Assembly: GCA_964421445.1 (NCBI GenBank)
Contig: CAYQXL010000011.1
Coordinates: 1-59,360, forward strand
DNA length: 59,360 nt
Direction: 5' to 3'
Origin: an uncultured Pseudomonadota bacterium
GTDB taxonomy: Bacteria; Desulfobacterota; Syntrophorhabdia; Syntrophorhabdales; CAYQXL01
Each line of letters begins with the position of its first letter. Position 1 is the first letter of the stretch. Of the stretch, positions 16,725 to 26,248 are shown in pieces. Under the pieces are notes generated by a model. It did no database searches. It had not been told where the DNA came from and worked only from the letters and a program-made list of their open reading frames with translations. A program made the translations under genes and the position numbers.

Positions 16725-18917
16725 TCAGGATGAAGGCCCCGCCAGAGAGCCCTCGATGACTTTTCTCCCGAGCGTTATATAGTCGATCTTGCCCGTCCCG
16801 AGCTTCGGTAGTTCTCTCATAGAGACCAGGTCCCTGGGAAAGGCCAATTCAGCGATACCCTCCGCCCTGAGGAACTCGCGGACCTGCCCCAGGGTCAGAT
16901 CTTTTCTGGTGGTGACAAGGATGAGCCTCTCCCCCCTCGATTCATCGGCCACCGCAACCACCGCTACTTCGGTTCGCTCCCCCAGGGCCCTGCGGAGAGC
17001 TTCCTCAACAGCCGTCAGGGAGACCATTTCACCGCTCACCTTGGAAAACCTCTTGAGCCGGCCGACAATCCGGAGAAAACCTTCGTCCGATTCTTCAACG
17101 ATATCCCCCGTATCGTACCATCCGTCATCATCGATGAGAAATTTTCGATTCGCTGTCTCATTTTTGAGGTAACCGGTCATAACGTTCTTTCCCCTGACAT
17201 AGAGCTTCCCTTTCCGTCCCCCTAAATCACCGATGCCCTCCACCGGGAGAATCTTGTATTCCATCCCCGGCAATACCCGCCCCACTGTTCCGTACTCATG
17301 GTCAAGGGCAGTATTGAGACTGATGACCGGAGAACACTCCGTCGCCCCGTAACCGGTGAGAATCCTCACGCCGAAGTCTCTCGAATACATGGTGAATACC
17401 GCATCCGACAGCGGTTCAGCCCCTGCGAAGATATACCGGAGGGCATAAAAATCATAGGGGTGGGCTTTTCGGGCATACCCTCTGAGAAACGTTCCCGTTC
17501 CCAGAAAGATCGTGATTTCCTGATCGTATATAATCTCCGGAACAACCCGGTAGTGGAGAGGGCTCACATAGAGAAACGTTCTCGAACCTGCAAAGAGGGG
17601 CAGAATCGTTCCCATGGTAAGGCCGAAACTATGAAACATGGGGAGGGCATTGAGAAAGTAATCATCTTCCCCTATGTCCGCCCGGGAAAGACATTGCCAG
17701 ATATTCGCCAAGATATTCTCGTGAGAAAGGCAGACACCCTTCGGTCGTCCTTCCGAACCGGAAGTGAACAGAACGACCGCCGTCTCCTTTTCCTCCTCCC
17801 GCTCCATCGGTGGTAATCCCGGAACAAAGGTGCTTCTAATGAGGGCGACCAGTCTATCCGCCAGGCCGATGCGGGAGGGAAGGTCTTCGAGAAAGAGGAT
17901 CTTTCGGTCTCCCAGGTCACGGGCATCGAGCTTGATCCTTTCGAGAAAAGACCTGGATGTGACGATCAGATCAACGTCGGCAAGACGGAGGGCATAATCG
18001 ATGCTCTCCGGGCCGGAGGAGTAGTTCACGAGAACAGTACAACGCCTGAAGAGCTGGAGACCGAAAAAGATCATTGCCGTCGCCACAAGGTTGGGAAGGA
18101 GTATCCCCACCCTCTTTCCCCCATTTTTCGCCACACACCGGCCGAGGGCAAAGGCACCGGTCAGGGCCTTCGAATAGGTCACTTCTTTCTTCGTTATGTC
18201 CCGGTAGGCCGGCCTTCTTCCATTGACCCTGCAGACCCTCACAAACTCCCGTGCCAGCGTTGATGGTTGATTGTGGGCACTGTATGAGATCCGGCAGAGC
18301 ATATCGTATATGCGCCTCGCCGCTATTCTCTTCCGGGCTCTCGCGGCGACATGACTCACGTCTACCGGCCTTTCAACAGGTCCGATAATGATTTCCACAG
18401 GAGCGAAGATTCTTCGCCCCCTCGGTTTCCGGGAAAGAACCGTCTCATAGGAGCCCTTGATATGGATCGGGACAACAGGGGCTCCTGTCATGGAGGCCAC
18501 AAACCCCGAACCCTCGTAGACCTTCATGAGCCTTCCCGTCCTCGTTATCCTCCCTTCAGGAAAGATGAGAAGAGGCGTTCCTCCGTTTACCTCATCGATA
18601 ACCCCTTTCAGGGCGTAGGGGTTCATCGAATCGATCTGCACAGTGTAGCTGTTCTGCATAAAGGGCTTCAGGAGCCATTCCCCTGCCCGTGTCCTGTCAA
18701 CGATGATCTTCAGATTCTCGTATTCGAGATATGTCCAGAGCACGATACCGTCAAAGAGACTCGCATGATTGGAAACGATGATCAGTTTCCGGAAGGTGGC
18801 AGGAAGATTCTCCCGCCCCCGGACCTCTACGGAATGGACAAGGCGGAAATAGGCCTTGAGAAAAAGGCGGACGGCCTTGAAGAAAAGCCTTTTTGCGGGG
18901 GTTCGTGCCGGGAGCAC
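16725..18917 (-). CDS. aas: Bifunctional 2-acyl-lysophospholipid acyltransferase / acyl-ACP synthetase (Aas-like)
   Basis: PlsC motifs NHASLFD and FPEGRIT. AMP-binding motifs FTSGSEGRPKG, GYGATECSP and YDTGD. Confidence 0.85.
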   Translation of the reverse strand: MLPARTPAKRLFFKAVRLFLKAYFRLVHSVEVRGRENLPATFRKLIIVSNHASLFDGIVLWTYLEYENLKIIVDRTRAGEWLLKPFMQNSYTVQIDSMNPYALKGVIDEVNGGTPLLIFPEGRITRTGRLMKVYEGSGFVASMTGAPVVPIHIKGSYETVLSRKPRGRRIFAPVEIIIGPVERPVDVSHVAARARKRIAARRIYDMLCRISYSAHNQPSTLAREFVRVCRVNGRRPAYRDITKKEVTYSKALTGAFALGRCVAKNGGKRVGILLPNLVATAMIFFGLQLFRRCTVLVNYSSGPESIDYALRLADVDLIVTSRSFLERIKLDARDLGDRKILFLEDLPSRIGLADRLVALIRSTFVPGLPPMEREEEKETAVVLFTSGSEGRPKGVCLSHENILANIWQCLSRADIGEDDYFLNALPMFHSFGLTMGTILPLFAGSRTFLYVSPLHYRVVPEIIYDQEITIFLGTGTFLRGYARKAHPYDFYALRYIFAGAEPLSDAVFTMYSRDFGVRILTGYGATECSPVISLNTALDHEYGTVGRVLPGMEYKILPVEGIGDLGGRKGKLYVRGKNVMTGYLKNETANRKFLIDDDGWYDTGDIVEESDEGFLRIVGRLKRFSKVSGEMVSLTAVEEALRRALGERTEVAVVAVADESRGERLILVTTRKDLTLGQVREFLRAEGIAELAFPRDLVSMRELPKLGTGKIDYITLGRKVIEGSLAGPSS

Positions 18918-18921
18918 CGCG

Positions 18922-19620
18922 TTAGATCAACCCTTTTTCCCGAAAACTGAGATATCCTTCCCTCACAAGGATCACGTGGTCCACAACATCGATACCGACA
19001 ATTCTTCCAACTTCCACAAGCCTCTCCGTAATCGCGAGATCCTCCCGGGAAGGCTCGGGGTTGCCTGAAGGATGGTTGTGCACGAGCACAACAGACGTGG
19101 CGCTGTGGCGGATGGCATCGTGAAAGACCTCCCTTGGATGGACAATGCTGGCGTTTACCGTTCCCATTGAAATATCCGTCACCGCTATAATACCGTTTCT
19201 CGTGTTGAGAAGTATACATTTGAAATGTTCTTTCTTCTTCTCGCCCATTTCACCTTTCAACGCTTCAACAATGCTCGCCGGTCCGGTGACTGCATACTGA
19301 TCATAGGGCGATGAAGCAGGTACGAGCGCTCGTCTCCCGAGCTCGAACGACGCCTTCAACTGCAGTGCCTTCGCCGGCCCGACGCCCTTCACCTCTGCCA
19401 GTTCCTCGACCGTCGCACAGGAGATATTCTTGAGGCTCTTAAACCGTTCGACGAGATCCTGTGCTATGGTCAGGACCGATCTCCTCGATGTGCCCCGGCC
19501 CATGACAATGGCAAGAAGCTCCTGGAGCGAAAGGGCCTCGGGACCCAGGCGCCGGCACCGTTCCCGGGGCCTCTCGGAGAAGGGCATGTCACGTACTGTA
19601 AAGGACGATTCTCTCTCCAC
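18922..19620 (-). CDS. radC: RadC (JAB domain) family protein
   Basis: ERPRER, GVGPAKA, VHPREVF, HNHPSG and DHVI. Confidence 0.93.
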   Translation of the reverse strand: MERESSFTVRDMPFSERPRERCRRLGPEALSLQELLAIVMGRGTSRRSVLTIAQDLVERFKSLKNISCATVEELAEVKGVGPAKALQLKASFELGRRALVPASSPYDQYAVTGPASIVEALKGEMGEKKKEHFKCILLNTRNGIIAVTDISMGTVNASIVHPREVFHDAIRHSATSVVLVHNHPSGNPEPSREDLAITERLVEVGRIVGIDVVDHVILVREGYLSFREKGLI

Positions 19621-19623
19621 GGT

Positions 19624-20862
19624 TCAGACCTCACCCTTCTTTTTCAGAATGAGGGAACCGGCACTTCCGATGAGAGAGACAAGGGCGGCGAGAAGAAAGG
19701 CATTCGTGAAGGTCTGTGTTTCATCCTTGAGCCACCCTGCTATGGCGGGACCGAGGGCCTGACCGATGCCGAAAAAGAGCGTTATGAACCCGAGGCCTGC
19801 CGGAGCCAGTTTCCCCCCTACTGCATCCCCCGCTGCCGCAGCCATGATGACCGGTATGGAGAAGGCTGTGATACCGAACATGACGGCAGAGATGTAGAAG
19901 CCTGCCTGATCTTTCCAGAGGGCGAATATGATGAGAGAGATTGCCAGCGTAAGATATGCGAACATCGAGCCGAATCGCCGTCCGATGGCGTCGGATATGC
20001 TCCCCCAGACAACACCGCAGAAGATGCTGAAAAACCCAAGCACCGCAAAGATGCGGCCGGCAGACTGGGGCGTCAACCCGATCTCCTTCGTCAGGTATGC
20101 GATGAAGAAGGTGAGGTAGATGATGTACGAAAATCCGAACATGAAATAGACGCACCCCAGCTTCCAGATCTCCTTGTCGGCCGAGATCTCCTTCCATGCC
20201 GTAAAAAGTGTTATTTTGACCGCAGGACGCTTCTCCTCGACCCCTCCGTACATGGTCACACCTTTCTCCCGCGGATCATCACGGAGAAAGAGGTAACAGA
20301 CAAAGGAGAGGATGAATACGATGACACCCATGACATACCAGGCATACCGCCACCCGTCAGCCCCGTACACCTGTATGAGGTACGGCAGGACAAGGCCCGC
20401 TATGGAGAGGCCCGTGCCTGTGCCCATCGTCACGATACCTGTCGCCAGCCCCCGCTTTCTCGATACAAACCAGGCCGCAGGAAGAGCCATCATGGGCACG
20501 TAGCTGCCGCCGTTCCCCATACCGGTTACAAGGCGCATTAGAAAGGCAAAGACAAACGAATCGGAAAACCCTGTCGCAAAAAGGCTTATTCCCATAACCA
20601 GGAGGGAATAGAAAACGACCCTTCTCACGCCGAACCGGGACGCGAGAAATCCGCCAAGGACGGCGAGACAGAGATACCCTATGAAATTTCCCGTACCAAT
20701 CAGTCCTACCTGCGTGTAGCTCAGGGCGAGCCCCTCCCGCATGGAAGGAAGGATCAGAGAGTACGACATCCGCCCAAAGCCGTGGGACAGAACGAGAACA
20801 AGCGTTCCTGTAAATGCAATGATCCAGGCATAGTGCATAAGCTCTCCCCCTTTTTTCTCCAT
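19624..20862 (-). CDS. MFS transporter (YbfB/YjiJ-like)
   Basis: About 12 TM helices, GFGRMSYSLILP, NFIGYL and motif A-like SDAIGRR. Confidence 0.85.
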   Translation of the reverse strand: MEKKGGELMHYAWIIAFTGTLVLVLSHGFGRMSYSLILPSMREGLALSYTQVGLIGTGNFIGYLCLAVLGGFLASRFGVRRVVFYSLLVMGISLFATGFSDSFVFAFLMRLVTGMGNGGSYVPMMALPAAWFVSRKRGLATGIVTMGTGTGLSIAGLVLPYLIQVYGADGWRYAWYVMGVIVFILSFVCYLFLRDDPREKGVTMYGGVEEKRPAVKITLFTAWKEISADKEIWKLGCVYFMFGFSYIIYLTFFIAYLTKEIGLTPQSAGRIFAVLGFFSIFCGVVWGSISDAIGRRFGSMFAYLTLAISLIIFALWKDQAGFYISAVMFGITAFSIPVIMAAAAGDAVGGKLAPAGLGFITLFFGIGQALGPAIAGWLKDETQTFTNAFLLAALVSLIGSAGSLILKKKGEV

Positions 20863-20990
20863 TCTTCAATTTTGCCATGACTTTGTCAAATGTTTTTACA
20901 GGATGCCATGCCCCTGAACAGGACGTAGTGGATCATCTCCCCTCATCGATGCCTGGTGTGGGAGAAGGGATGTGTGGTATATAAGGGATC

Positions 20991-22205
20991 ATGGAAGAGA
21001 GGCCCCGTCTCAGGTATATCGAAGCGATTCCATTGTCCGATCAAGGACGGGACATTATCGTTCTCCGGGATCCTGAGGGAGTGAGCGATCAGCAGATTGT
21101 CATCTCACGGGAAGCGGCATACATCCTGTCCCTCATGGACGGGAGCAGATCACTCAGGGATATGCAGGCTGAATTCATGCGGGCTTCAGGCCATCTCGTC
21201 CACATCGAAAAGATTGAGGAATTGGTGCGCGTTCTCGACTCCAATCTCTTTCTCCAGAGCGAGCGCTATGACCGGCAGTTGACAGCGATGAAGACAAGCT
21301 ATGGTGCCCTCGCCGTCCGGCCTTCCTACCTCGCCGGCAAGAGTTACCCGGCCAGAAGGATTGATCTCCTCCTCGCCCTCGACGAGATGTTCCGCCCCCC
21401 GCCGAAGACCATTCAGACAGAGCGTGTCTCCGTCGCGGGAATACTTGCTCCGCACATCGACTACGACAGGGGAAAACGGGTGTACCGAAACACCTACGGC
21501 CCGCTCCGGCAAGCCCCGAAACCACTCATTATCATTCTCGGTACGTCCCACCGTCCGATGGACAGAATGATCAGCATCTCCCTCAGGGACTGGGAAACAC
21601 CCCTGGAGACCGTCCGGATTTCCCGGGAACTGGCAGACCTTGTGGCCGGACACAGCCTGCTGAAAACGTATATCGACGAATGGCCTCATCGCACCGAACA
21701 CTCCATAGAGCTTCAACTCCCCCTTCTTCAGTTCGTCAATGAGTGCGATTTCGAAATCCTCCCCATTCTGACCGGATCACTTCAGGCCCATATTGATGGA
21801 TTCGCCAGGACCGGTGAGGGGGAGATAGAAGAGCTCGTCTCTGCCCTGAAAGAACTCGTTCTGTCAAGCACCGGACCCTGCCTTATTGTATCCGCTGCCG
21901 ACCTGGCCCACATCGGTGCTCAGTTCGGCGACAAGGAAGGGGTCAATTCATTTATCCTCACCGAGTCGCAGGAAAAGGACAGGGCGCTGCTCAGGGCAGT
22001 TGAACAGGTTGACGGAGAACAATTCTTCGCCATGATCAAGGAAGAGCAGGACTGCCGCAGGATCTGCGGACTCACCCCTATCTACCTCCAGCTTCGGCTT
22101 CTCGAGGGCTGCACCGCAGAGATCACCGATTATGATCAGTGGTCTGACGGCGCATCATCGGTGAGCTTTGCGGGGGCCTATTTTACCCGATCAGCTCCCC
22201 CGTAA
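20991..22205 (+). CDS. MEMO1 / AmmeMemoRadiSam protein B, long form with N-terminal extension
   Basis: AGKSYP, APHIDY, GTSH, EHSIELQLP, ADLAH and ICGLTP. Confidence 0.88.
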   Translation: MEERPRLRYIEAIPLSDQGRDIIVLRDPEGVSDQQIVISREAAYILSLMDGSRSLRDMQAEFMRASGHLVHIEKIEELVRVLDSNLFLQSERYDRQLTAMKTSYGALAVRPSYLAGKSYPARRIDLLLALDEMFRPPPKTIQTERVSVAGILAPHIDYDRGKRVYRNTYGPLRQAPKPLIIILGTSHRPMDRMISISLRDWETPLETVRISRELADLVAGHSLLKTYIDEWPHRTEHSIELQLPLLQFVNECDFEILPILTGSLQAHIDGFARTGEGEIEELVSALKELVLSSTGPCLIVSAADLAHIGAQFGDKEGVNSFILTESQEKDRALLRAVEQVDGEQFFAMIKEEQDCRRICGLTPIYLQLRLLEGCTAEITDYDQWSDGASSVSFAGAYFTRSAPP

Positions 22206-22611
22206 CGTGAACAACGATCTCCCGGTTTCGTCCCCTGTTGTCGAATTCGGCAAGGACAATCTGCTGCCACCGGCCCAGAAGGAGTCGTCCCCCTTCAAAG
22301 GGGACCACCAGCGACGGTCCTGTGATTGCCGCCCTGACATGACTGAATCCGTTGGCATCACCCCATGTGTCATCGTGGTGGAAGTGCCTCGCCGATGGTG
22401 CGAGAAGCTCGTAAAATTCCCTCATATCCCTCACAAGGCCCGGTTCATATTCGAATGTTGTGATGCCCGCCGTTGAGCCGATAACAAAGAGAGTGACCTG
22501 GCCGATATCGAGCCCTGATTCGGACAGGATTGCCGAAAGGTCACCTGTAATATCGATAAGATCACCTGCTCCCTTCGTTGATTTCCGTATGCGGTTGCTC
22601 ACTGTCTTCAC
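22183..22611 (-). CDS. yjbQ: YjbQ/UPF0047 family protein
   Basis: GSTAGITTFE, HDDTWGDANGFSHVRAA and LLGRWQQIVLAEFD. Confidence 0.88.
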   Translation of the reverse strand: MKTVSNRIRKSTKGAGDLIDITGDLSAILSESGLDIGQVTLFVIGSTAGITTFEYEPGLVRDMREFYELLAPSARHFHHDDTWGDANGFSHVRAAITGPSLVVPFEGGRLLLGRWQQIVLAEFDNRGRNREIVVHVTGELIG

Positions 22612-22883
22612 TCTGTCCCCCTTTGTTTTAATCGATCATAACCCAGAATAACCGTCCCCGTCGCTCCATTCTTCCGCCCTTCCCCGTGCCTTCACCGGGA
22701 ACATTTCCCCTCTCCGCCCGAAAAAAGACCATACCTCTCTTCGGCACGTGAGCCCGGCTGTCTCACAGATACCAACACCACTGCCGGAAAGAGCGAACGC
22801 AAAGGATGGATAGGGACGTCGTTGTCGTAACAGGGTTTCAAAAAGTGGCGATGGGGCAAAATGAGTCTGGTGTGACGGAGATT

Positions 22884-22962
22884 TGGTCGGGAAGACAGGA
22901 TTTGAACCTGCGGCCCCAGCGTCCCGAACGCTGTGCTCTACACCATACTGAGCTACTTCCCG
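22884..22962 (-). tRNA. tRNA-Pro(CGG), CCA encoded
   Basis: Reverse complement CGGGAAG-TA-GCTC-AGTATGGTGTA-GAGC-A-CAGCG-TTCGGGA-CGCTG-GGGCC-GCAGG-TTCAAAT-CCTGT-CTTCCCG-A-CCA. Confidence 0.95.
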
Positions 22963-23117
22963 TGGCTCTCATTTTACCAGAGGACGGCCAAAAATGCCAT
23001 TCATTTCTTGCGGCAGGAAGAAAGAAGATCCGCCCCCAGGGCCCCGAGCCTCTTCTGTTCCCGCAAAAAAGCCTCCCGCTTACTCGGGAGGCTCTGTTTT
23101 TTCCGTCTGAATGGGCG

Positions 23118-24308
23118 TTACCGGAGAGCCCTGGCAGCCTTCTGAATCCGTTCTATACCCCTCTGGATATTCTCCATTGACGTCGCAAAGGAGAGTCTGA
23201 GGTAGCCCTCTTTCCCAAATTCGGCACCAGGTACAACGGCAACAAGAAAATGGTCGAGAAGAATCTGGGCGAAGTCGCCGATCCCGTCGATCTTTTTTCC
23301 TTCATAGGATTTTCCAATGACCGACGTGAAATTCGGGAAGACGTAAAAAGCGCCTTTCGGATCATAGCAGGTTACTCCGTCGATCTCTCTGAGGGCCTGG
23401 AGGAGGAATGCTCTCCGTTTGTCGAACTCTGTCACCATGGACGCGATGAAGTCCTGGGGACCGCTGAGGGCGGCGATGGCCGCCTTCTGTGAGATAGATG
23501 TAGGATTCGACGTACTCTGACTCTGGATATTCGTCATGGCCTGAATGATCTGTTTCGGACCTGCTGTAAAGCCAATACGCCAGCCTGTCATCGAATAGGT
23601 CTTGCTGATACCGTGAGCGATGATGGTTCTTTCCTTGATTGCCGGATCGATCGATGCGATGCTCGTATGGCGATGGCTGCCGTAGACCAGCTTCTCATAG
23701 ATCTCGTCGGAGATGATGTAGATACCCTTCTCGACACAGAGCTTCCCAATCTCCGTAAGATTATCAAGGGAAAAAACCGACCCGACAGGGTTGGACGGAT
23801 AATTGAGAACAATTGCCTTGGTCCGGGGGGTGATAACCTTTTCCAGGGCAGCCCGGGTAAGTTGATAATCTTCATTTTCATATGTTTCGATGCAGACCGG
23901 TGTTGCACCGGCCAGTTCGACCATGGGAGGATAGGATACCCAGAAAGGGCTGGGGATGATCACCTCGTCCCCTTCGTCGAAAAGAGCCTGGAAGAGGTTG
24001 TAGAGTGAATGTTTTCCTCCACAGGACACGATGATCTCGTCTCTCGCAAAGGTGATTCCGTTGTCCTTCCTGAATTTTTCAATAATCACGTCCTTCAGCG
24101 GATCGATGCCACCGACAGGCGTATACTTCGTGAAACCGTCGTTGATAGCCTGAATGGCCGCTTCCTTGATGTGGACCGGCGTATCGAAATCGGGCTCTCC
24201 GGCGCCAAACCCTATGACGTCAAGGCCCTGGGCTTTCAAGGCCTTTTCTTTGGCTGAAATGGCCAGTGTCGGTGATGGTTTCAACAATTGAGCTCTTCGG
24301 GACAGCAT
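23118..24308 (-). CDS. Aspartate aminotransferase (PLP-dependent, class I/II)
   Basis: FGAGEPDF, GGKHSL, NYPSNP, SDEIYE and PLP lysine motif SKTYSMTGWRIG. Confidence 0.92.
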   Translation of the reverse strand: MLSRRAQLLKPSPTLAISAKEKALKAQGLDVIGFGAGEPDFDTPVHIKEAAIQAINDGFTKYTPVGGIDPLKDVIIEKFRKDNGITFARDEIIVSCGGKHSLYNLFQALFDEGDEVIIPSPFWVSYPPMVELAGATPVCIETYENEDYQLTRAALEKVITPRTKAIVLNYPSNPVGSVFSLDNLTEIGKLCVEKGIYIISDEIYEKLVYGSHRHTSIASIDPAIKERTIIAHGISKTYSMTGWRIGFTAGPKQIIQAMTNIQSQSTSNPTSISQKAAIAALSGPQDFIASMVTEFDKRRAFLLQALREIDGVTCYDPKGAFYVFPNFTSVIGKSYEGKKIDGIGDFAQILLDHFLVAVVPGAEFGKEGYLRLSFATSMENIQRGIERIQKAARALR

Positions 24309-24339
24309 CGGGATCTCCTTGGGCGTTTTTTGGACATAC

Positions 24340-24368
24340 TGTTTACACTATACGTCCTTCCTTGTCAA
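24340..24368 (-). promoter_or_regulatory. Putative sigma70 promoter of the aminotransferase gene
   Basis: TTGACA-17 nt-TAAACA, with SD AAGGAG before the ATG. Confidence 0.6.
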
Positions 24369-24406
24369 TCAAAATCAAGCGGAGGTTAACAGCAGGAGAA
24401 CCGGTC

Positions 24407-25840
24407 CTATTGCGCGGGAAGGGCTGTGACGACAAGGACAGCCTTCGTACGGTCCGTCACCTTGTACCGGTCGTCGATCCTCTGTCCGACGATCCAGACG
24501 ATCTCGTCGCCGTTCAGGAGAATCGGCGTCCTGTATCGCTCTTCCCGGGGAATCTTTCGGGAGATGAAAAAATCCTTCACCTTCACCATCCCCTTCATAC
24601 CGAGGGGCCGGAAACGGTCACCATGACGGAAGGGGCGAACAGTAAGCCTTGTGATGCGATCGTTGTCGAAAAAACCATTTAGATGGCCTTCATCGAGAGT
24701 AACCTCGTCCCTCTTTTTCACAGCCACCGAAAGTGTCACACCAAAATCGGCGAGCCATATCTCTCCATCGCCGAGAGGGATCGGCTCGCTGTCCACCCTT
24801 CCCGTTCCTTCTGTCGTGAATGTGAGGCGATCATAGGCCCGTCTCACCATTGCCCCTGAGGGCAGGGAAATTGTGCTGTTGGGACGCGCTCCCCATACGA
24901 GGCTCATGATGAGCCGGACATGATCCCGGAGGAGAATCAGGTGAGGGACAACCTCTTCCGCAATAAAGGCCAGAACACGGTAGAGCGTCTCCCGGTCAAG
25001 CACTTTCAGATCATCGACGGAAACAGTCAATGCTCCCTTGGATCTCGTGACCTTGGCAGAAACAAATTCCTGTGCCAGGGATGTAAAATGATCGTTCAGC
25101 TCACCCATATCTCTCGCGAGACGGTAGATCCGGTCTCTCACCTGGGGATTCAACTCCTCGAGGACCGGGATTACCCTGTGGCGGATGGCATTCCGTTCGT
25201 ATTTTGTGGTGGCGTTTGACGAATCAACGACCCATTCAACACCATGGCTCCGGGCATAACGCTCAATCTCCTTCCTGGAGATATGGAGGAACGGACGAAT
25301 GATCATGCCCCGGCGAACAGGAATGGATGAGAGCCCCCTCACACCCGTTCCCTTTACCATTCTCATGAGGAATGTTTCGACCTGGTCATCTTTTGTGTGG
25401 CCGAGAGCGATCTTCGTGCAGTTTTCCTGCCGGGCTGTTTCGGCAAAAAACGAATACCGCAGATCCCTGGCAGCATGCTGGATCGATTTTCCGCTCGCCT
25501 TGGCCACCTCCACCGTATCGACCCTTCTCAGGTGGAGCGGGAGGCCGTAGAGCTTCGCCAATCTCCTGCAGAAATCTTCGTCTCGCTCCGATTCGTTCGC
25601 CCTTAACTGATAGTTCACGTGACTAATGGCGAGGTCGATATGGAAGCGAGTCTTCAGATGCACAAAAACATGGAGCAGAACGGACGAGTCAATGCCACCG
25701 GAGAGGGCAACGAGGATCCTGTCGCCGGGCCCGACGAGTCCCTCCCTTTCGATGACCTCTATAACAGGGCGAATCAGCGACGATTGCTCTTCCCCCTTCA
25801 TGTCTGCCTTGTCTTCCGTGCCTCTCGTCTGCCGTTCCAC
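24407..25840 (-). CDS. tilS: tRNA(Ile)-lysidine synthetase
   Basis: PP-loop VALSGGIDS, ARDLRY, GHTKDDQVET, RPFL, NAIRH and C-terminal RPFRHGDRF. The start may be at about 25802. Confidence 0.95.
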   Translation of the reverse strand: MERQTRGTEDKADMKGEEQSSLIRPVIEVIEREGLVGPGDRILVALSGGIDSSVLLHVFVHLKTRFHIDLAISHVNYQLRANESERDEDFCRRLAKLYGLPLHLRRVDTVEVAKASGKSIQHAARDLRYSFFAETARQENCTKIALGHTKDDQVETFLMRMVKGTGVRGLSSIPVRRGMIIRPFLHISRKEIERYARSHGVEWVVDSSNATTKYERNAIRHRVIPVLEELNPQVRDRIYRLARDMGELNDHFTSLAQEFVSAKVTRSKGALTVSVDDLKVLDRETLYRVLAFIAEEVVPHLILLRDHVRLIMSLVWGARPNSTISLPSGAMVRRAYDRLTFTTEGTGRVDSEPIPLGDGEIWLADFGVTLSVAVKKRDEVTLDEGHLNGFFDNDRITRLTVRPFRHGDRFRPLGMKGMVKVKDFFISRKIPREERYRTPILLNGDEIVWIVGQRIDDRYKVTDRTKAVLVVTALPAQ

Positions 25841-26023
25841 AGAATAGTAGTGAACAGCAAAGATCCTCCAGCCAGAGGGCAGTCGGGCGCATCAATGCAA
25901 AAGCCCCGACCTTCACTCAGGGAAAATCGGAAAGAGGTATTCACCGGAATGGCCGGCACACGGCACAGGAGCGGGTTCGGTAGAACAGCGGAGATCGTAA
26001 AAGAACCCATCGAGGTCTTCCTG

Positions 26024-26245
26024 CTAATGACAGGACGAGCAGTTCGATGAGGTACAGCCCGAGCATGACGCCGACGAGCCGGAGGATTGAGATCGTGTCT
26101 TTCCTCCGACGGAAAAACCGAAGGATGACATTTTCTTCTCCATATCCTGGCTTCCGCAGTGGGGACACACCGGTTCGTCCCTGCTGAAGATCAGAAGCTC
26201 GCATTCATCCCCGCAATTTCTGCACTCATATTCATAGATGGGCAT
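26024..26245 (-). CDS. FmdB-family zinc-ribbon protein
   Basis: MPIYEYECRNC...CPHCGS, with C-terminal CSGCTSSNCSSC. Confidence 0.88.
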   Translation of the reverse strand: MPIYEYECRNCGDECELLIFSRDEPVCPHCGSQDMEKKMSSFGFSVGGKTRSQSSGSSASCSGCTSSNCSSCH

Positions 26246-26248
26246 CCC

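Noticed and set aside
22611-23118. tRNA-Pro (and tRNA-Phe at 1385) as integration sites of a mobile element
   Set aside because: No integrase, no duplicated tRNA 3' end seen, and the flanks are housekeeping genes. The 124-aa ORF at 22806-23180 merely runs antisense across the tRNA.
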